A DNA stretch of 64,000 nucleotides, taken from positions 71,982,001 through 72,046,000 of the forward strand of contig OZ024742.1 in NCBI GenBank assembly GCA_964016885.1, in the 5' to 3' direction. Below, piece by piece: positions 1 through 13,700 of this stretch. A program made the translations under genes and the position numbers. The notes beneath the pieces were generated by a model. It ran no database searches, was not told where the DNA came from, and saw only the letters and a program-made list of their open reading frames with translations. The stretch comes from Eledone cirrhosa (Eukaryota). How positions within the stretch are numbered: position 1 is the first letter of the stretch; each line of letters starts with the position of its first letter.

Positions 1-72
1 TTACATATATACATACATGCATACATCCATCCATCCATACGTGTATACATACATACATACATACATACATAC
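1..72. repeat. (TACA)n/(TCCA)n microsatellite
   Basis: Direct tetranucleotide repeats. Confidence 0.9.
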
Positions 73-260
73 AATGGTTAAAGTGTTTGACTGACGACCA
101 TAAGTTCATGGGTTCATATTTGGGACCGGGTAGTTATTGAATCAACCTGATATCAATGTTTATTATACAGCACACTTCCTCGTTGGTATATGACACATAG
201 TAATATCTAACATAGTACCCATCTAATCTGTTATAATATGATTTACCTTTCTTCTGTGAA

Positions 261-370
261 GGCACATGCCTTAGGGGTTACGGTACTGGACTAACCATTA
301 TAAAGTCATGGGCTCGTTTCTTCGATCCTGAAGCATGTTGCGTCCTTCAGTAAAATACTTTAGTTCGTGT
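261..370 (+). mobile_element. Degenerate tRNA-derived SINE head (a similar relic lies at ~74-130)
   Basis: ggcacatgccttaggggtta...gtccttcagtaaaatacttt resembles the intact SINE head/core at 27485 and 36160. Confidence 0.5.
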
Positions 371-769
371 AGCATCTTCTACCAGGACTTGCGGCAGACA
401 GATAATATCAGTAATGGAAAAAACCTTGTTTCATTAGTATGACCTGGAAATCAGTTCCACTCTATTTATCTTCTTTATTAAAGGCAATCAAATTATTTTT
501 TTAAAATTCTTTTTCTTATTTTTCTATGTTTGTTAAATAAATTCCAAAATATCGAACTAAATTGAAATTTTGTAATAAAATTTCCATAAAAGTTAATGTT
601 TACAAAACAATAAAATGTAATAAAATGTATTGAAGTCGATTTTTGAAAAATGGATAATGCTATAAGCAGACCTTACAATATTGTACCACAATTTTCCTTC
701 GTGCAAAAGTGGGCAGCCGAATTTAGGAAAGGATAGGGGATTCTTGAAGATGACCCAATGTCTGGACAT

Positions 770-913
770 CCTACAACTGCCACTACCGAGGAAAACATTG
801 ATCTCAGTACTGCAACACCGGTGGAAGAAATGTGTGGAACGCAAGGGAGACTATGTTGAAAAATAAACCCCATTTGGTCACATTCCATGAGAGTATCTTT
901 GTCAACCCTCGTA
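770..913 (+). mobile_element. Mariner transposon 3' end remnant
   Basis: Translates LQHRWKKCVERKGDYVEK*, a typical mariner transposase C-terminus; ends in CCCTCG+TA, a mariner-like TIR end. Confidence 0.75.
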
Positions 914-948
914 TCTTTGCGCAATATACGTAAAGATACAGAATTGCG

Positions 949-1262
949 GGCACTACAACGCTATTAGCTGTCATATTTGTTGGTGAAAAAAAATTTGATT
1001 ATAAAACTTAAATTTGTTTTCTATTTTGGCCCTTTTAAGGGCCACCTATATTTTCATTTAAGTAACTCCACTTACATCGATATGCTTTATAACCATGACT
1101 TGTTTTCTAATTTGGCCCTTTTAAGTCTTCCCTATCTCTCTCAAAAAACCGCGTGAAAACTCCACTTACGCGTGGTGGTAATACGGAAATAAACGATGTT
1201 GACGAGTGACGTCACCTTCACCTGTTTTCCACTGGACTGACAGCTAATAGCGTTGTAGTGCC
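949..1262. mobile_element. MITE with perfect 25-bp TIRs
   Basis: GGCACTACAACGCTATTAGCTGTCA (949-973) and its exact reverse complement (1238-1262); a solo TIR lies at 3227-3251; no TSD seen. Confidence 0.8.
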
Positions 1263-2050
1263 ATATTTTATACACCAGAATTCTTGTTGTTCACTGGTTA
1301 CTCTGGCAACTAACATAACGCGTGGCTTCCATTTCAAGTTTAGCGGCAAAATAAAGAAGAGCCAGGAAATTTAAACGTTCATACGTTGGTGATTAAAATC
1401 TATTTCTCACTGTCCTGTAAAACGTGGAACCAATTCACGATATAACGTAGTTTTTGATTAAATGAAATATTTAATATGTGTGCTGGAACACCGATCCTAA
1501 AATGTGTAGATCAATGTTTGCTATTCACAAACATTAACGTTCACCTCTTGAAATAATTACTACACACTGTACAATTACATACATTAAAGATATAAAGATA
1601 GCAAACAAGCGGTGTCGCCGACAATGTTTCCCTTTCTTAAATGACACCAGTGACACGTTAAAGGTTTCTGATATAATTTAATACATTTAGAAAAACCTTC
1701 TTTGGTATCTATTTGCGTCATCAATTGTATCCAGCCCATGGTAAAAGAAACAAAATCACACAAAAAGTGATTATTACGTATAAAGGAATGAGTCTAGCTA
1801 CCTTCTTACTTAACTTGATAGAAATAGCCATATTTTACTTGGAAGAATAGTCGAAACTGTGATCCTAGATAAATATACATATGAAGTCACGGATGGAACA
1901 ACGTTGAATATAAGTCTGCTCAATTATGCTGACCTCAGAGTTAGCAACACCGTCTTGGTTTATATTTTATTCAAAACAAATAACCTTAATTCTCATACAG
2001 TTTAACAACTGAACCTGGATCTCGGTATCTTTTTGTGATGAGTCAACTCA
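1263..2050 (+). repeat. Diverged inverted paralog of the non-coding region upstream of the ZNF gene (15620-17050)
   Basis: Collinear blocks match in reverse, e.g. ccatggtaaaa...ttattacgtataaag..gagtctag, tgacacc(a/g)gtga, gccaggaaat.taaacg, agaattcttgttg. Confidence 0.7.
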
Positions 2051-2517
2051 CATCTAGCCGCTGATCTCTGCCCTTCGAAGAAAAATGTTTACCTAACGCC
2101 GATTCGGCGGCATTCTGCTGTTCTAACAGCTTCCATACGCCGAGTTTTTCTCCATTTCCCTGAGAATCCTTATACACTCGCGTCTGAAAACTCTATTTTC
2201 GAGTTAATTTGTTTATATATATATATATATATATAAACCTCTCTCTATCTCTATATTTCTCTCTCTTGATTTTTATCTCTGTCTGGTGGTTTGATATCTC
2301 TCTGTTGTTTTTTCTCTGTTTTCTTTTTTTCTTTCTTCCTTTTCTTTATTTATCTCTCCCTTTCTTTTCTCCACTTTTATCTATCTCGGTTTCTCTCTCT
2401 CTCCGTCTTTTTCTTTCTCCTTAACACATCGACTTACTAAAATAAACAAACCACTATCCTGATGTCTTCCAAAAGTAAGGGTACGTCAATGTTTATTTAT
2501 AAAACTGGTATATATTG

Positions 2518-2582
2518 TATTTTGTCTGATGAAGGCATACCATAATTTAACATGGTATCCTTGAAATATGTATAATGAAATA
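2518..2582 (+). ncRNA. Type I hammerhead ribozyme, family A
   Basis: tattttgt-CTGATGA-aggcataccat/atggtatcctt-GAAA-TATGTA-TA-atgaaata; stem I of 8 bp including G-U pairs. Confidence 0.75.
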
Positions 2583-2729
2583 AATATGGTTTTATAAATA
2601 TAGTTTCCATTTATTAATATCGTGTATATATATATATACACGCACTTGTATATATAATAAATGATATCTATAAATGTCTAAAAGAGTACGCTTGTATGTA
2701 TACACAAGTTTCCAATGAATGATGGCTAT

Positions 2730-3850
2730 ATGCATGTGTGTAGTCTCTGTAAAATCAGGATTGTTCACCACGGAGTTGTGTTGACTATCCAAATAGTACG
2801 TACTTTATATTTCAAGAAATTAAGAACTGCCCGGAAAGCTAAACGTTCATATACTGATGATAAAAATCTATTTCACTGTCCTGTAAAATGTGGAACTAAT
2901 TCATGCCGTAGCATAGTTTGTAATGAAATTTAATCATGTAGGTGATGGAACACCGACCCTAAAACTTGTTGATCATCATATATTATCCACAAACATTAAC
3001 GTTTACTTCACATAAGATAATCGTTATACCGGGTGGTCCGAAAGTCTTGTCACATATTGTTTTAATTTTCATTATTTTTTGTTTTAATAATATAATATAT
3101 AATATCATTAATTATAATATATGACTTTGCCTTTCATCCTTACGGGGTCGATAAAATAAAGTACCAGTAATGCACTGAGTAATTGTTGGCCTTGTGCCTA
3201 AAGTAGAAACAATTAATTATAATATATGACAGCTAATAGCGTTGCAGTGCCTAATTTTCTATTTCAGAGCTCCTACAGTTTGGATGCTTGCAAGTGTATG
3301 GACACATAACGTGCATTGCCCTATGTACTGTACATGCACTTTTTTGATGAGTTGTGGTGCACCTGGGCACTGTACACAATATTTCATTATTGTTATTATT
3401 ATTATATCATGACTCATACACTGTTCATTTTCCTGACATTTGTACATTATTCTATGTACTATACATGCATCTTTGATGAGTTGTAGTGCACCTGAGCACT
3501 GTACACAATAATTTCATTATTATTATTATGATCGTGTGCATTCTGGCATGGACGATATGCGACATGACTTCACTGCAAGATTCGGCAAACCAACTCCTCC
3601 GAAGAGGACGACACTGCGATGGGAACATAACTGTTTCTCATTACCTTTTGGTAGGGGGTGACAAGACTTTCGGACCACCCCGTACAATACATTTTCTCTT
3701 TAGTTTAATAAACTTATAAGTCTTTTTTTCTATATACAGTAGGATTAATTAAAGCCATAAATATAACGAGTAGGCGATGTTATTTAAGTTTTTTCCCCCT
3801 GAATGACACCGGTGACACGTTAAAAGTCCGACAAAAACTAATACATTCAA
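2730..3850 (+). repeat. Second diverged inverted paralog of the ZNF upstream module, split by a Tc1-like MITE
   Basis: 2730-3025 and 3690-3850 match 1340-1700 directly and 16300-16790 in reverse (attgttcaccacgga, gtacgtactttatatttcaag, tgaatgacaccggtga). Confidence 0.7.
3029..3682. mobile_element. Tc1/mariner non-autonomous element with nested fragments
   Basis: 25-bp TIRs C(C/G)GGGTGGTCCGAAAGTCTTGTCAC (24/25 identical) flanked by TA on both sides; contains a SINE piece, a solo TIR and CR1/L2-like tail pieces. Confidence 0.85.
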
Positions 3851-4589
3851 ACAGTTTCTATCGTTATAGAATCGATGGTAAATCCAGAGGAATCACTCTG
3901 CAATATAACAATTACATATCGACACACCCGGAAGCCTTTATGTGTTTGTTCAATATGCTAGAAATAGCAGCGAAATCTTTCTAAAAATCTATTGACTATC
4001 TTAAAGTCAAAAAGATTGTCTGTATGCGGGTATATTTGTCTCAAACCTGCCAACCTCTAAAAATCCAAACGGGGAGTAACATGAAAAAAAGTGCCCTCGA
4101 ACGAAGAGAAATGAAGCAAATTGAGGAGATTTTACATAATGAAAGCTATACCCATTTTCACAAGAGAAGACATCTCTCACCCACCCCAAAACGGATGGGA
4201 GATCTCCCCGTCCGACACGGAGAGTTGAATGGTCTGATATATAAATACATATACACAAAGCTGGAAATAAACAGACCCCTAAATACATTTCGTCATTGTT
4301 ATATATTTCACAATTTTACTTCTGAATAATTTCAACATAAAATAGGAAAACCACAAACTTTATTGGACATAGCAAGCAAAGTTTGCATACAAGAAATAAC
4401 ATTGATTTTATAGTAAGGGATTGACCTCTAATCAATAGAGAGTGGTATATAATTTTCTGTTATTGCTTTAGTTTGTTGTCAGGCTTAATCCGACACTGAT
4501 TAACCTTATTTTAATTAATAAAATCGCTGTTTGTAAACCCCAGGTCAGACATGATCCATCACTAATTAACATTATTTTAATTCGTTAAG

Positions 4590-4965
4590 TATCGGTAGAG
4601 AGTCGGACACCATGCTTTGAGGCATAGAGTTACGTCCCTTTATGATCTGAGTTCAAATCCCGTCGAGGTTAACTTTGCCTTCCATCCTTACGGGGTCGAT
4701 AAAATAAAGTACCAGTAATACACTGAGTAATTGCTGGCCTTGTGCCAAAAATAGAAACAATTATTTTAATTCGTTAATATCGTTGTTGTTTAACCTCAGA
4801 TCCGATACAATTCTGATTAACATTATAGAGTTACGTCCCTTTATGATCTGAGTTCAAATCCCGCCGAGGTTAACTTTGCCTTTCATCCTTACGGGGTCGA
4901 TAAAATAAAGTACCAGTAATGTACTGGTTAATTGCTGGCTTTGTGCCTAAAATAGAAACAATTAT
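4590..4965 (+). mobile_element. Tandem copies of SINE family 2 (gagttcaaatccc...ttcatccttacggggtcgataaaataaagtacc)
   Basis: B-box GAGTTCAAATC followed by a conserved core; related copies at 3123, 8077-8290, 12590-12800, 27895-28000(-) and 54000-54120. Confidence 0.75.
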
Positions 4966-5059
4966 TTCAATTAATAACATCGCTGTTGATGTTGAATAAC
5001 CCCAAGTCAGAGTTGATCCTCGACACTAAATAATAACATAGTGGAATATTTATGGCTTC

Positions 5060-5347
5060 GTTATGGCTTCCCATGGGTTTCGGAAACATTTTTTCACGCT
5101 CAGAGTTGCTGAAGCATGGAACAAACTACCTGCATCAGTTGTTAGCTGTCGAGACTCTGCATCCTTTAAAACCTCCATGCTTCCCGAGATTCGCCAACAC
5201 TACACCTAATGTTCCCTCTCCACACATACACACATGTATATCATGACTCATACACTATTCACTTCCCTGACATTTGTATATTATTCTATGTACTATACAT
5301 GCACCTTTGACGAGTTGTAGTGCACCTGAGCACTTTACACAATAATT

Positions 5348-5383
<36 letters not shown>
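5060..5383 (+). mobile_element. CR1/L2-type LINE 3' end with (ATT)n tail
   Basis: Translates FRKHFFTLRVAEAWNKLPASVV...FK (FFxxRVxxxWNxLP motif), then a 3' UTR and (TTA)n; UTR copies at 3300-3530. Confidence 0.7.
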
Positions 5384-5384
<1 letters not shown>

Positions 5385-5579
5385 ATGGATGAATCTTTCC
5401 ACCCTCATCCCATGATGAGCTGCTTGTCTTCACTCTTTCCCCTCTCCAAGTTATCCGGCTACAGTCTAAGCAAATCTGCACCACTAACAAAAATACCAAA
5501 CAGTGCACAACAGCAGGTCACAAAAACTGCACATGTATGCCTCACATGCTCCAAACACTGCGACTCCTACATCAGCTTG

Positions 5580-7370
5580 ACATCACACATATGCACACTC
5601 ACTGTTTTTCAGCCCACCTCACTGCTCTCAGGCAGAAAGATGGTGGAATACGCCCATCACGGTAGGAAATGTCTTCCGGAGGCTCGCAGCCAAGATTATC
5701 AGCAAGTCTGTTGCACCTAAGCTAGGCGAGGAACTCAGCCCGGTGCAGCTGGGGGTTAGCGTGGGGACAACTGTCCTCCCTAGTCGGTGCTGAGTGATTC
5801 CAGGCATTTCATCATCAAGTTTGACATGAGAAATGCCTTCCACTGTCTGTGACATGACCTCTTGATCGAGGCTTGCCTCAGAAGTACCCCATCCACCTAC
5901 CTACTGACCTACCTGTCATACGGGTCCCTGAGCATGCCCCTCACTGCAGACAAAATCATACCATCCTCAACTGGTATCCAGTCTAACAGGGCGATCCATT
6001 GGGCCCTCTTCTCTTCGCTCTTGGGATAGACAGCATTGCTAGGAGCATCACCTCTTCTCTCAACGTCTGGTACCTGGAGATGCGATGATAAGCAGACCTT
6101 CAGAGAGTGTCTGTCAGGATCTCCAATCAGTGGATCAGCCTCGCAATCAACTCATCCAAGTTGGAGGATATAAATGTCAATTACCATGCAGAGGGCTTCA
6201 CAGCCTTCATCACTGACATGTGATCACTCCATCAGGTGCAGGTGACCCCTAAGGAAGACATTATCTTTTGTTCACCGATCCTCCCCCTGTCATTTTCTCT
6301 ACCCTCAAGTTCTGGCTACACCAACCAGAAACCCTCATCGATGCCTACAGCCAAGCATTTCTCCTCACAGATATTGACAGGCTGCTGAAGAGATATGCAA
6401 TGTCTGGTTTGATGACACCGGTTTGCAGCAGGTCACCTTACCTGTCAAATATGGAGGCCTTGATCTCCTGTCTCACTGGCTCTGCCTGCTTTCCTTTCAT
6501 TGCTGACCTCTTGCCATGTCCTCATCAAGAGGGTTCTCCACAATACAACTAAATCTGTGATCGAGGAGCATGAGGCGGCCTATGCAACATGGAACAAGCT
6601 TGACCTCTCCCTTCTGTAGACATGCTGTCCCCATCAAACAAATTAGATGCCAACCTTTGCAACATGACAGGCTGGTGCACTGGCTTGACCAACACCATCT
6701 GGCATGTTCTGCTTGACCTCCAAACACCACAGTGGTGCCTGGATCAGTGCGACTGGTACTCAGCTGGGCAGCAACTACTTGTGTATTGGTGTTTCCCTGA
6801 GGCCTGGCTTCCGTGTCAGTGTGCCTCATGAATGCTGCTGTGGATCCTTTTGGTCTCCACCCACAGGCATACTGTTACAATGCTGGCTGCCTCACATGTC
6901 TTACCCTTTTTCGCTGGGTGAGAGGAAGGTGTATCATCTGGGACGTCACAGTCAGTGACTCTTTTGCCCCTCCCACATTATGGACGCTGCGGTGAATGTG
7001 AGGGTCACTGCTCCCACTGCCAACGGAACAAAATTTGAAAATACCAGGACTTATCAAACAATTATTTTTTCCAGCCTGTGGTGTTCGAGATATTTGGTGG
7101 AGTTGGGCCGCTGACAGCAAAGTTCTTGTCTTCACGGGCAGCTCACCTTATTGAGGTGTCAGGTGATACCCGTGAGGGTGCCTGGGTATTTCAGCGCCTT
7201 AGCCTCGCCATCACTCGTGGTAATGCTGTGAGTGTGTTGGCTTGCCTGAAAGTGTGCAGTTAACCCTCAAGGTGTGAGGTGCAGCCGATTATCACACTTG
7301 GTGGTGAATTGCCACTATGTTTTTTCCTTCTTTTTCTTTCCTTTATCATTTTTGTTCAATGAATTTATTT
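5580..7370 (+). mobile_element. Degenerate CRE-clade non-LTR retrotransposon (RT plus restriction-like endonuclease)
   Basis: Frameshifted motifs KDGGIRPITVGNVFRRLAAK, QGDPLGPLLFAL, NVWYL, IIWDVTVSDS, FGGVGP, FQRLSLAITRGNA. Confidence 0.8.
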
Positions 7371-8594
7371 TATTATACACGATTTAGACATTATACTTAT
7401 AATGTCCAGTTACTATCTTAGTAATGAAATTATTAATAATGATTTTAATAAATTCTGCAAAATTCTTCAATAAATCGTAATTGAGAATATGTACAGAAAT
7501 ATGCACAGAAATTGAAGAGAGACTGTGTTACACTTTCTTCTGTAATTAGTAAAGTAATCCATGATACATTAAAAAAAGACGATATTATATATAAACTGCA
7601 TTACGGTGAAATGTTATGAAAACTAAAAAGGAGAAAATTAGCGACAGAAATATAAACGTTATGATGCAAATATATGAACGTTTATATAAGCGATGTGATA
7701 TAGCATACGGCTATAAGTGTTATGATATAACGGACGCTAAGTGAATCTTAAAATAAGCTATACATTACTTATATATAAGAATATATATGTTTAACCAAGA
7801 ACTACGAAATTTATATAAATTACATAATATTCATTCATGATTTATTCAAAGTAATCCAACATATTTTAATAACGTGTTCAGAAAAAAATATCCATGACAC
7901 AATCCCGCAGTCCTCCAATCATTATATATTAGATGATATCTTATACACTTTCTATATTTATATACACTCTTTCATTATTTGATGTATATTCTGGTTTAAA
8001 TTTCAAAATTTCATCGAGGGAATGATACTGTTGTTAATAAGATTTATATGATTTTATTATTCCTTTTATTATAAGGGCGGTGGATTGGTAGTATCAGTAG
8101 AGTGTCAGACAACATGGTGTAGGGCATAGAGTTATGTTCCATTATGTTCTGAGTTCAAATCCCACGGAGGCTAGCTTTGCCTTTCATCCTTATGGGATTG
8201 ATAAAATAAAGTACCAGTAATACAAGAGTTGATTTAATCGACTTTCCCCTCCCCAAAATTGCTGGCCCTGTGCCTAAATCAGATGCCATTATTTCTTTTA
8301 TTTATAGGATGATTCCTTCATTACTTGATGGTTATACTGAATGTCAATTAGCAAATCTCAATGTAACAATAAGCTTAATATAAATGGAGAGTGGATCCTA
8401 CACTTTGTATATAATCAGTACCAATGCTTTATGTCCATTCTGCATTTTGGTATGAGTTTGAAATGTTTGTTCTACAATATTTTCTCCATATTTTGTGATC
8501 TTTGCTATGAGATTCAGAATCTTGTATTTTGGAATAAATGTAGTTTATTATTAAATTCTTCTATTATTTTAGATTATTTTAATACATATATATA

Positions 8595-11563
8595 GAGAGA
8601 GAAGCCATGTGGATATGTGCTGCGTGCAAGAGGTGAGATGGAGAGGTACCTCAGCGAGACTAATCACAGGTAAATATCTTAGTTATAAGCTTTTCTGGGT
8701 AGGTAATAATGATGGGTTAGGTAGGGGTGGGAATTTTACTGGCTGAGAGATGGATCGATAAGACAATAGAGGTAGTTAGAGGTTAGTAATAGAATAATTA
8801 AGATTAGATAAGTTGTAGGCAAGAGACTGCTGACAATCATCTCTGCCTATACTCCCCAGGCAGGCCTAGGTAAAGAAGAGAATGACTGCTTTTATGAGCA
8901 ACTTTTAGAAACAGCCACAATGACAGAGGACGGAGACATCGTTATGCTAGCAGGGGACTTCAATGGTCATATTGGACAGCTCCAGGGTGGATACACTTGG
9001 GTACATGGTGGACACGGTTATGGCTCAAGAAACGAAGAAGGAGTGAGGCTTCTTGAATTTTGTTATGCAAGTGCACTAACCATTTGCAACACTAACTTCA
9101 AGAAACTTACCAACCACCTAATAACCTACAAATCAGGCGAGCACATAAGCCAGATTGACTTCTTGTTAGTTAGGCAGCGAGACAGACAGATGGTGTCAAA
9201 TACTAAAGCATACCCCGGAGAAGAATGTACCCCACAGCATAGGTTAGTCGTTAGTGACATTTCAATAACCAAGAGACAAACAGGAAGGTCTGGAAGCTAA
9301 AAGACCTTTCACTAAAATATAAATTTAAGAAAGCCCTTCAAGATGTGTATGACGAAAAAAAGGACGATTTAGAATCGTATGACATAGATAATAACTGGAA
9401 TTTCTTACGTGACAACTTACTGCAGGATAGTGAAGAAACTTGTGGCTGGAGCAGAGCTCCGACCAGACAGAGAGTGACCTGGTGGTGGAACAGCATGGTA
9501 GATAGGGCCATTAGAGACAAAAGACTAGCATGGAATGCTTGGAAAAATGGTGGGAGTAGAGACCGATACACAGCCGCTAAGAGAGAAGCTAGACGTCAGG
9601 TGTACTTAGCACGCAGTGAGGCTGAGAGTAGGAGGTTTGCCAATGTTCTGCAATGGGAAGATCAGAGATGTGCGGTGTTCCGCATTGCAAGGCAGTGTGT
9701 CAGTGCAAACCAGTATGTTGTTGGAGATAAGTATGTCCGAAATGATGCTGGTGTACTTAGTATCACTAATGAGAAGAAAAAAGAGGCCTGGAAATGTCAT
9801 TATGAGAGAATCTGGAGAACGAATGGGAGAGAGAGAAACTATCTCTAGTAGACCCGACAGAGGGACCAGCTATTGAGATTGACGAATATAGTGTCCAAGA
9901 GGCAATTAAGGAAATGAAAAATGGTAAGAGAATAGTTGCTGAGTTGCTGAAGGTATCAGAAGTAGGCACTAAACTGTTTGCACGCATCATCAATCAGGCT
10001 ATATATGGCGGTGTCATACCCAAAGACTGGTGCAGCAGTATCTCATAAATTATTACAAAGATAAAGGGGATGCTCTGGAGAGGAACAATTATAGGGGCAT
10101 AAAACTGATGGATCAGGTTATGAAAGTGGCAGAAAGAATATTAGCGCAACTAATTAGAGAAAGGGTAAAATTAGAAATTAGATGAGATGCAATTTGGTTT
10201 TGTGCCTGGGAAAAGTACAACAGATGCCCTCTTCTTAGTGAGACAAAAACAAGAGAGGTTTTTTAGAGAAGAATAAGCCACTGTACTTAACTTTTGTTGA
10301 CCTAGAGAAGGCCTTTGATAGGGTACCCTGATCTGTCATCTGGTGGTCCCTAAGGAAACTTGGTGTAGAGGAATGTTTCGTGAAGACAGTGCAAACTATG
10401 TACAGAGCTATGTGCAAGCTATGTCAGTAAAGTGAGAGTAGGAATGGAGTTTAGTGAGGAATTGCAGATACAAGTAGGAGTACATCAGGGTTCGGTCCTC
10501 CGCCCGCTCTTGTTCATTATAGTCCTCCAAGCCGTAACAGAGGAGTTTAAGACTGGCTGCCCATGGGAACTTCTCTATGCTGACGATCTGGTTCTTATAG
10601 CAGAATCAGTAGAGGAGCTAGAGAATAAATTCTGGCCATGGAAACAGCAGTTGGAAGCAAGAGGACTGGGAGTGAACATAGCTAAGACAAAAGTGTTGAT
10701 AAGTAGAAAAGAGGACAAAACTCTGATTCCATCAGGGAAATGACTATGTTCGATATATAGAAAAGGAGCTGGCATAAATTCTATAAAATGTACACAATGC
10801 AGATCTTGGGTACACAAGAAATGTAGTGGGATAGTAGGCAAATTATCAGGTAGGGAAAGCTACATATGCAGATGTACAGGGAAATTTGACAGTAGAAGTC
10901 GCAGTGATAGACACATTTTTCAAATGCTGGTGGGTTCTATAGAAGTGATTGATAGCTTCCGGTACCTAGGTGATCAGATTAGCAATGGAGGGGGGTGTTC
11001 TGAGGCCATAGTATATAGAATAAGGTCAGGTTGGAAGAAGTTTAGGGAGCTGCTTCCTCTGTTGACGAAGAAGGGTTTCTCCCTGCGTACGGAAGTTATA
11101 TGATGCCTGTGTGAGATGGGTGATGCTGCATAGTAGTGAAACATGGGCAGCAACTGCAGAGGATATGCAACGGCTGGAGAGAAATGAAGCAAGCATGCTC
11201 CGTTGGATGTGCAATGTCAATGTGCGTGAACAACCAAGCATAGATGAGTTGAGAGAGAAACTGTGTACAAGAGGGATAAGTTGTAGTGTGCGGGAGAGAA
11301 GACTGCATTGGTATGGATATGTAATGCGCATGGAGGATGACCGCTGGGTAAAGAAATGCCAAAAAATCCCGGTAGAAGGAAAATACAGTAGAGGAAGACC
11401 ACGTAAAAAATGGGCGGAGGTGGTGAGAGCAGATCTCAGATCGCTGAAGCTCACAGAGGAGATGACAAAGGACCGTGACAAGTGGAGAGATGCTGTGCTG
11501 AATAGGACCCGTCCCACCCTTGCAAGCAGGGAAAAACGGATATAAAATGATGATGATGATGAT
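8595..11563 (+). mobile_element. RTE-clade LINE, subfamily B, decayed (APE-RT-PHD-like-C-term), (GAT)n tail
   Basis: APE motifs GDFNGHIG, IDFLLV, HRLVV; TWWWN; RT motifs QFGF, DLEKAFDRV, GVHQGS, YADDL; multiple stops/frameshifts; ends in gatgatgat. Confidence 0.92.
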
Positions 11564-11614
11564 ACATACATACATATTAGACGTAAAACGATGATGATGA
11601 TGATATATATATAT

Positions 11615-12500
11615 ATGATTCATAGGTGTACTACAAATAGCAGCTAAATAGGGGGAACCTCATGGTCTTCATAAATGTTCTAGAAATAGCAGCTAAATAG
11701 GGGGAAACCAACGGTGGTCCATAGATGTGCTAGAAATAGCAGCTAAATACGAGGTACCACATGGTAGTCTATAGAAGTTCTTAAAATAGCAGCTAAATAG
11801 GAGGTATATCAGCATGGTCCATGAGCGTACTAGAAATAGCAGCTACATCAGCTAAACAGGGGGAACATCATGGTGGTTCATAGATGTTCTAGAAATAACA
11901 GCTAAATAGGGGGAATCTCATGGTGGTCCATTGGTATGCTAGAAATAGCAGCAACATCAGCTAAACAGGGGAAACATCATGGTGGCATATAGGTGTACTA
12001 CAAATAGCAGCTAAATAGGGGCATAATGGTTCATAGATGTTCTAGAAATAGCAGCTAAATAGAAGGTACGTCAGGGTGGTCCATAGGTGTGCTAGAAATA
12101 GCAGCTCAATAAGGGGAAATATCATGGTGGTCAGTAGGTGTGCTAGAAATAGTTGCAAAACAGGGGAACTTCATGGCGGTCCATGGGTGTGCAAGAAATA
12201 GCAGCTGAATAGGGAAACCTTATGGTGGTCCTTAGGTGTGTTAGGCATAGTATCTACATCAGCTATATAGGGGTGGTCTATAGGTGTGCTAGAAAGAGCA
12301 GCTAAATAGGGGGAACCTCATGGTGGTCCATAGGTGTGTTAGAAATAGCAGTTACATCAGCTAAACAGGGTGAACCTTATTGTGGTCCATAGGTGTGCTT
12401 GATGTACCATCTACATCAGCTAAACATCATAGTGGTCCACAGGTTTGCTAGAAGTAGCAGCTAAATACAGGGAACCTCATGGTGGTCCATAGGTGTATTC
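11615..12500. repeat. Minisatellite of ~50-59 bp units (catggtggtccataggtgtgctagaaatagcagctaaatagggggaacct)
   Basis: Roughly 16 diverged tandem units, followed by ~22-bp units (cctggggctaaacaacatctgt) to 12588. Confidence 0.9.
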
Positions 12501-12802
12501 CTGGGGCTAAACAACATCTGTCCTGGTGCTAAACATCTGTCCCGTGTCTAAACAACATCTTTCCTGGGGCTAAACAACATCAGTCCTGAGGCGGTGGATT
12601 GGCAGTATTGGTAGAGCGTCATTTGCAGCATATAGTTATGGCTCTTTTCGGCTTAATTTCAAATCCTGCCGAGATTTGCTTTGCATTTCATCCTTACAAG
12701 GGTCGATAAAATAAAGCACCAGTAATGCACTGGGGTGGATATAATTGACTTTTCTCTCCCTCCAAATTGCTGGCCTTGTGCCTGCCTATACTAGAAATCA
12801 TT

Positions 12803-13262
12803 ATCTATATTACTAAAACAGAATGTCTATTTGTCTGTACAATCACTAAAACTCGAGAACCACCCAACCGATTGTTTTCAAACTTTGCACATGTAATACT
12901 TATGGTCCTATTGAGTGTTCTGAGCAAAAAAGATTTCAAATTTTCAATGCCCTAGGGACCGCATTAGGCGATTTAGCGATCTCTTTCTCTCTCTCTTAGT
13001 CTTTCACTTTTTAGATAGATACATAGATATAACGTTGCGCCCTTATAATGTCTGTATGTCTGATGTCTGCATTGCGACATTATGACGTGTGTGGGTGTGT
13101 GTATATATGTATATATAGTGTGTGTATATATATATATAGTGTGTGTAACGTTTTTCGAAATATTTACTTCTGCGTCCACAGATTGATTTTTTTAGTTTCA
13201 GAAGATTCCGTTAAGGGTGAAAGCAGCGATTCTTTGCTTAAACTTTAATCTGTTATTTTAAT
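12803..13262 (+). mobile_element. Helitron-like 5' end fused to an HHR family B module
   Basis: Starts TCTATAT...aaaacagaatgtct; near-identical to 41231-41570(+) and 41835-42266(-). Confidence 0.65.
13178..13253 (+). ncRNA. Hammerhead-like motif, family B (core CAGAAGA)
   Basis: agttt-CAGAAGA-ttccgttaagggt-GAAAGCAG...TGCT-T-aaact; distal stem I acagatt/aatctgt. Confidence 0.65.
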
Positions 13263-13700
13263 ATATATATATATAATTAATCACACACAAAATAATATAT
13301 AATTTTCTCTACATATTTTTGAGTAAATCACTCATCAAATTTAACGGTTAACAAACAAAATTGGAGTTATCTTTCCTTTCTCGATCGTGCAAACATAAAC
13401 ATATTATGTATGATAATCTATATAACTTCGCTAAATTAACAATATTCTGAAAACATTTTCAATGTTGAACAAAATATTCGAATCTGCAAATTGTTCTCCT
13501 CTCACAACTTGAACCACCTATTTGTTTATGTAAAATACAAAATCAACTTCCTTCGTAACTCATATTAGAAATATAAACAACTAATAATTGTAAATTATTT
13601 CTATTTCTATAATACTAATACATACGCAATTATTAATCTATATAGATATTTATATACATATGTAATAAGATAAAAATACTTACTTATAAAACACACTTCG

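Noticed and set aside
4048-4237. Possible hAT-like MITE
   Set aside because: Putative TIRs too degenerate and no TSD seen.
11615-12500. CRISPR-like array
   Set aside because: Whole units repeat with no unique spacers; eukaryotic context with no cas genes.
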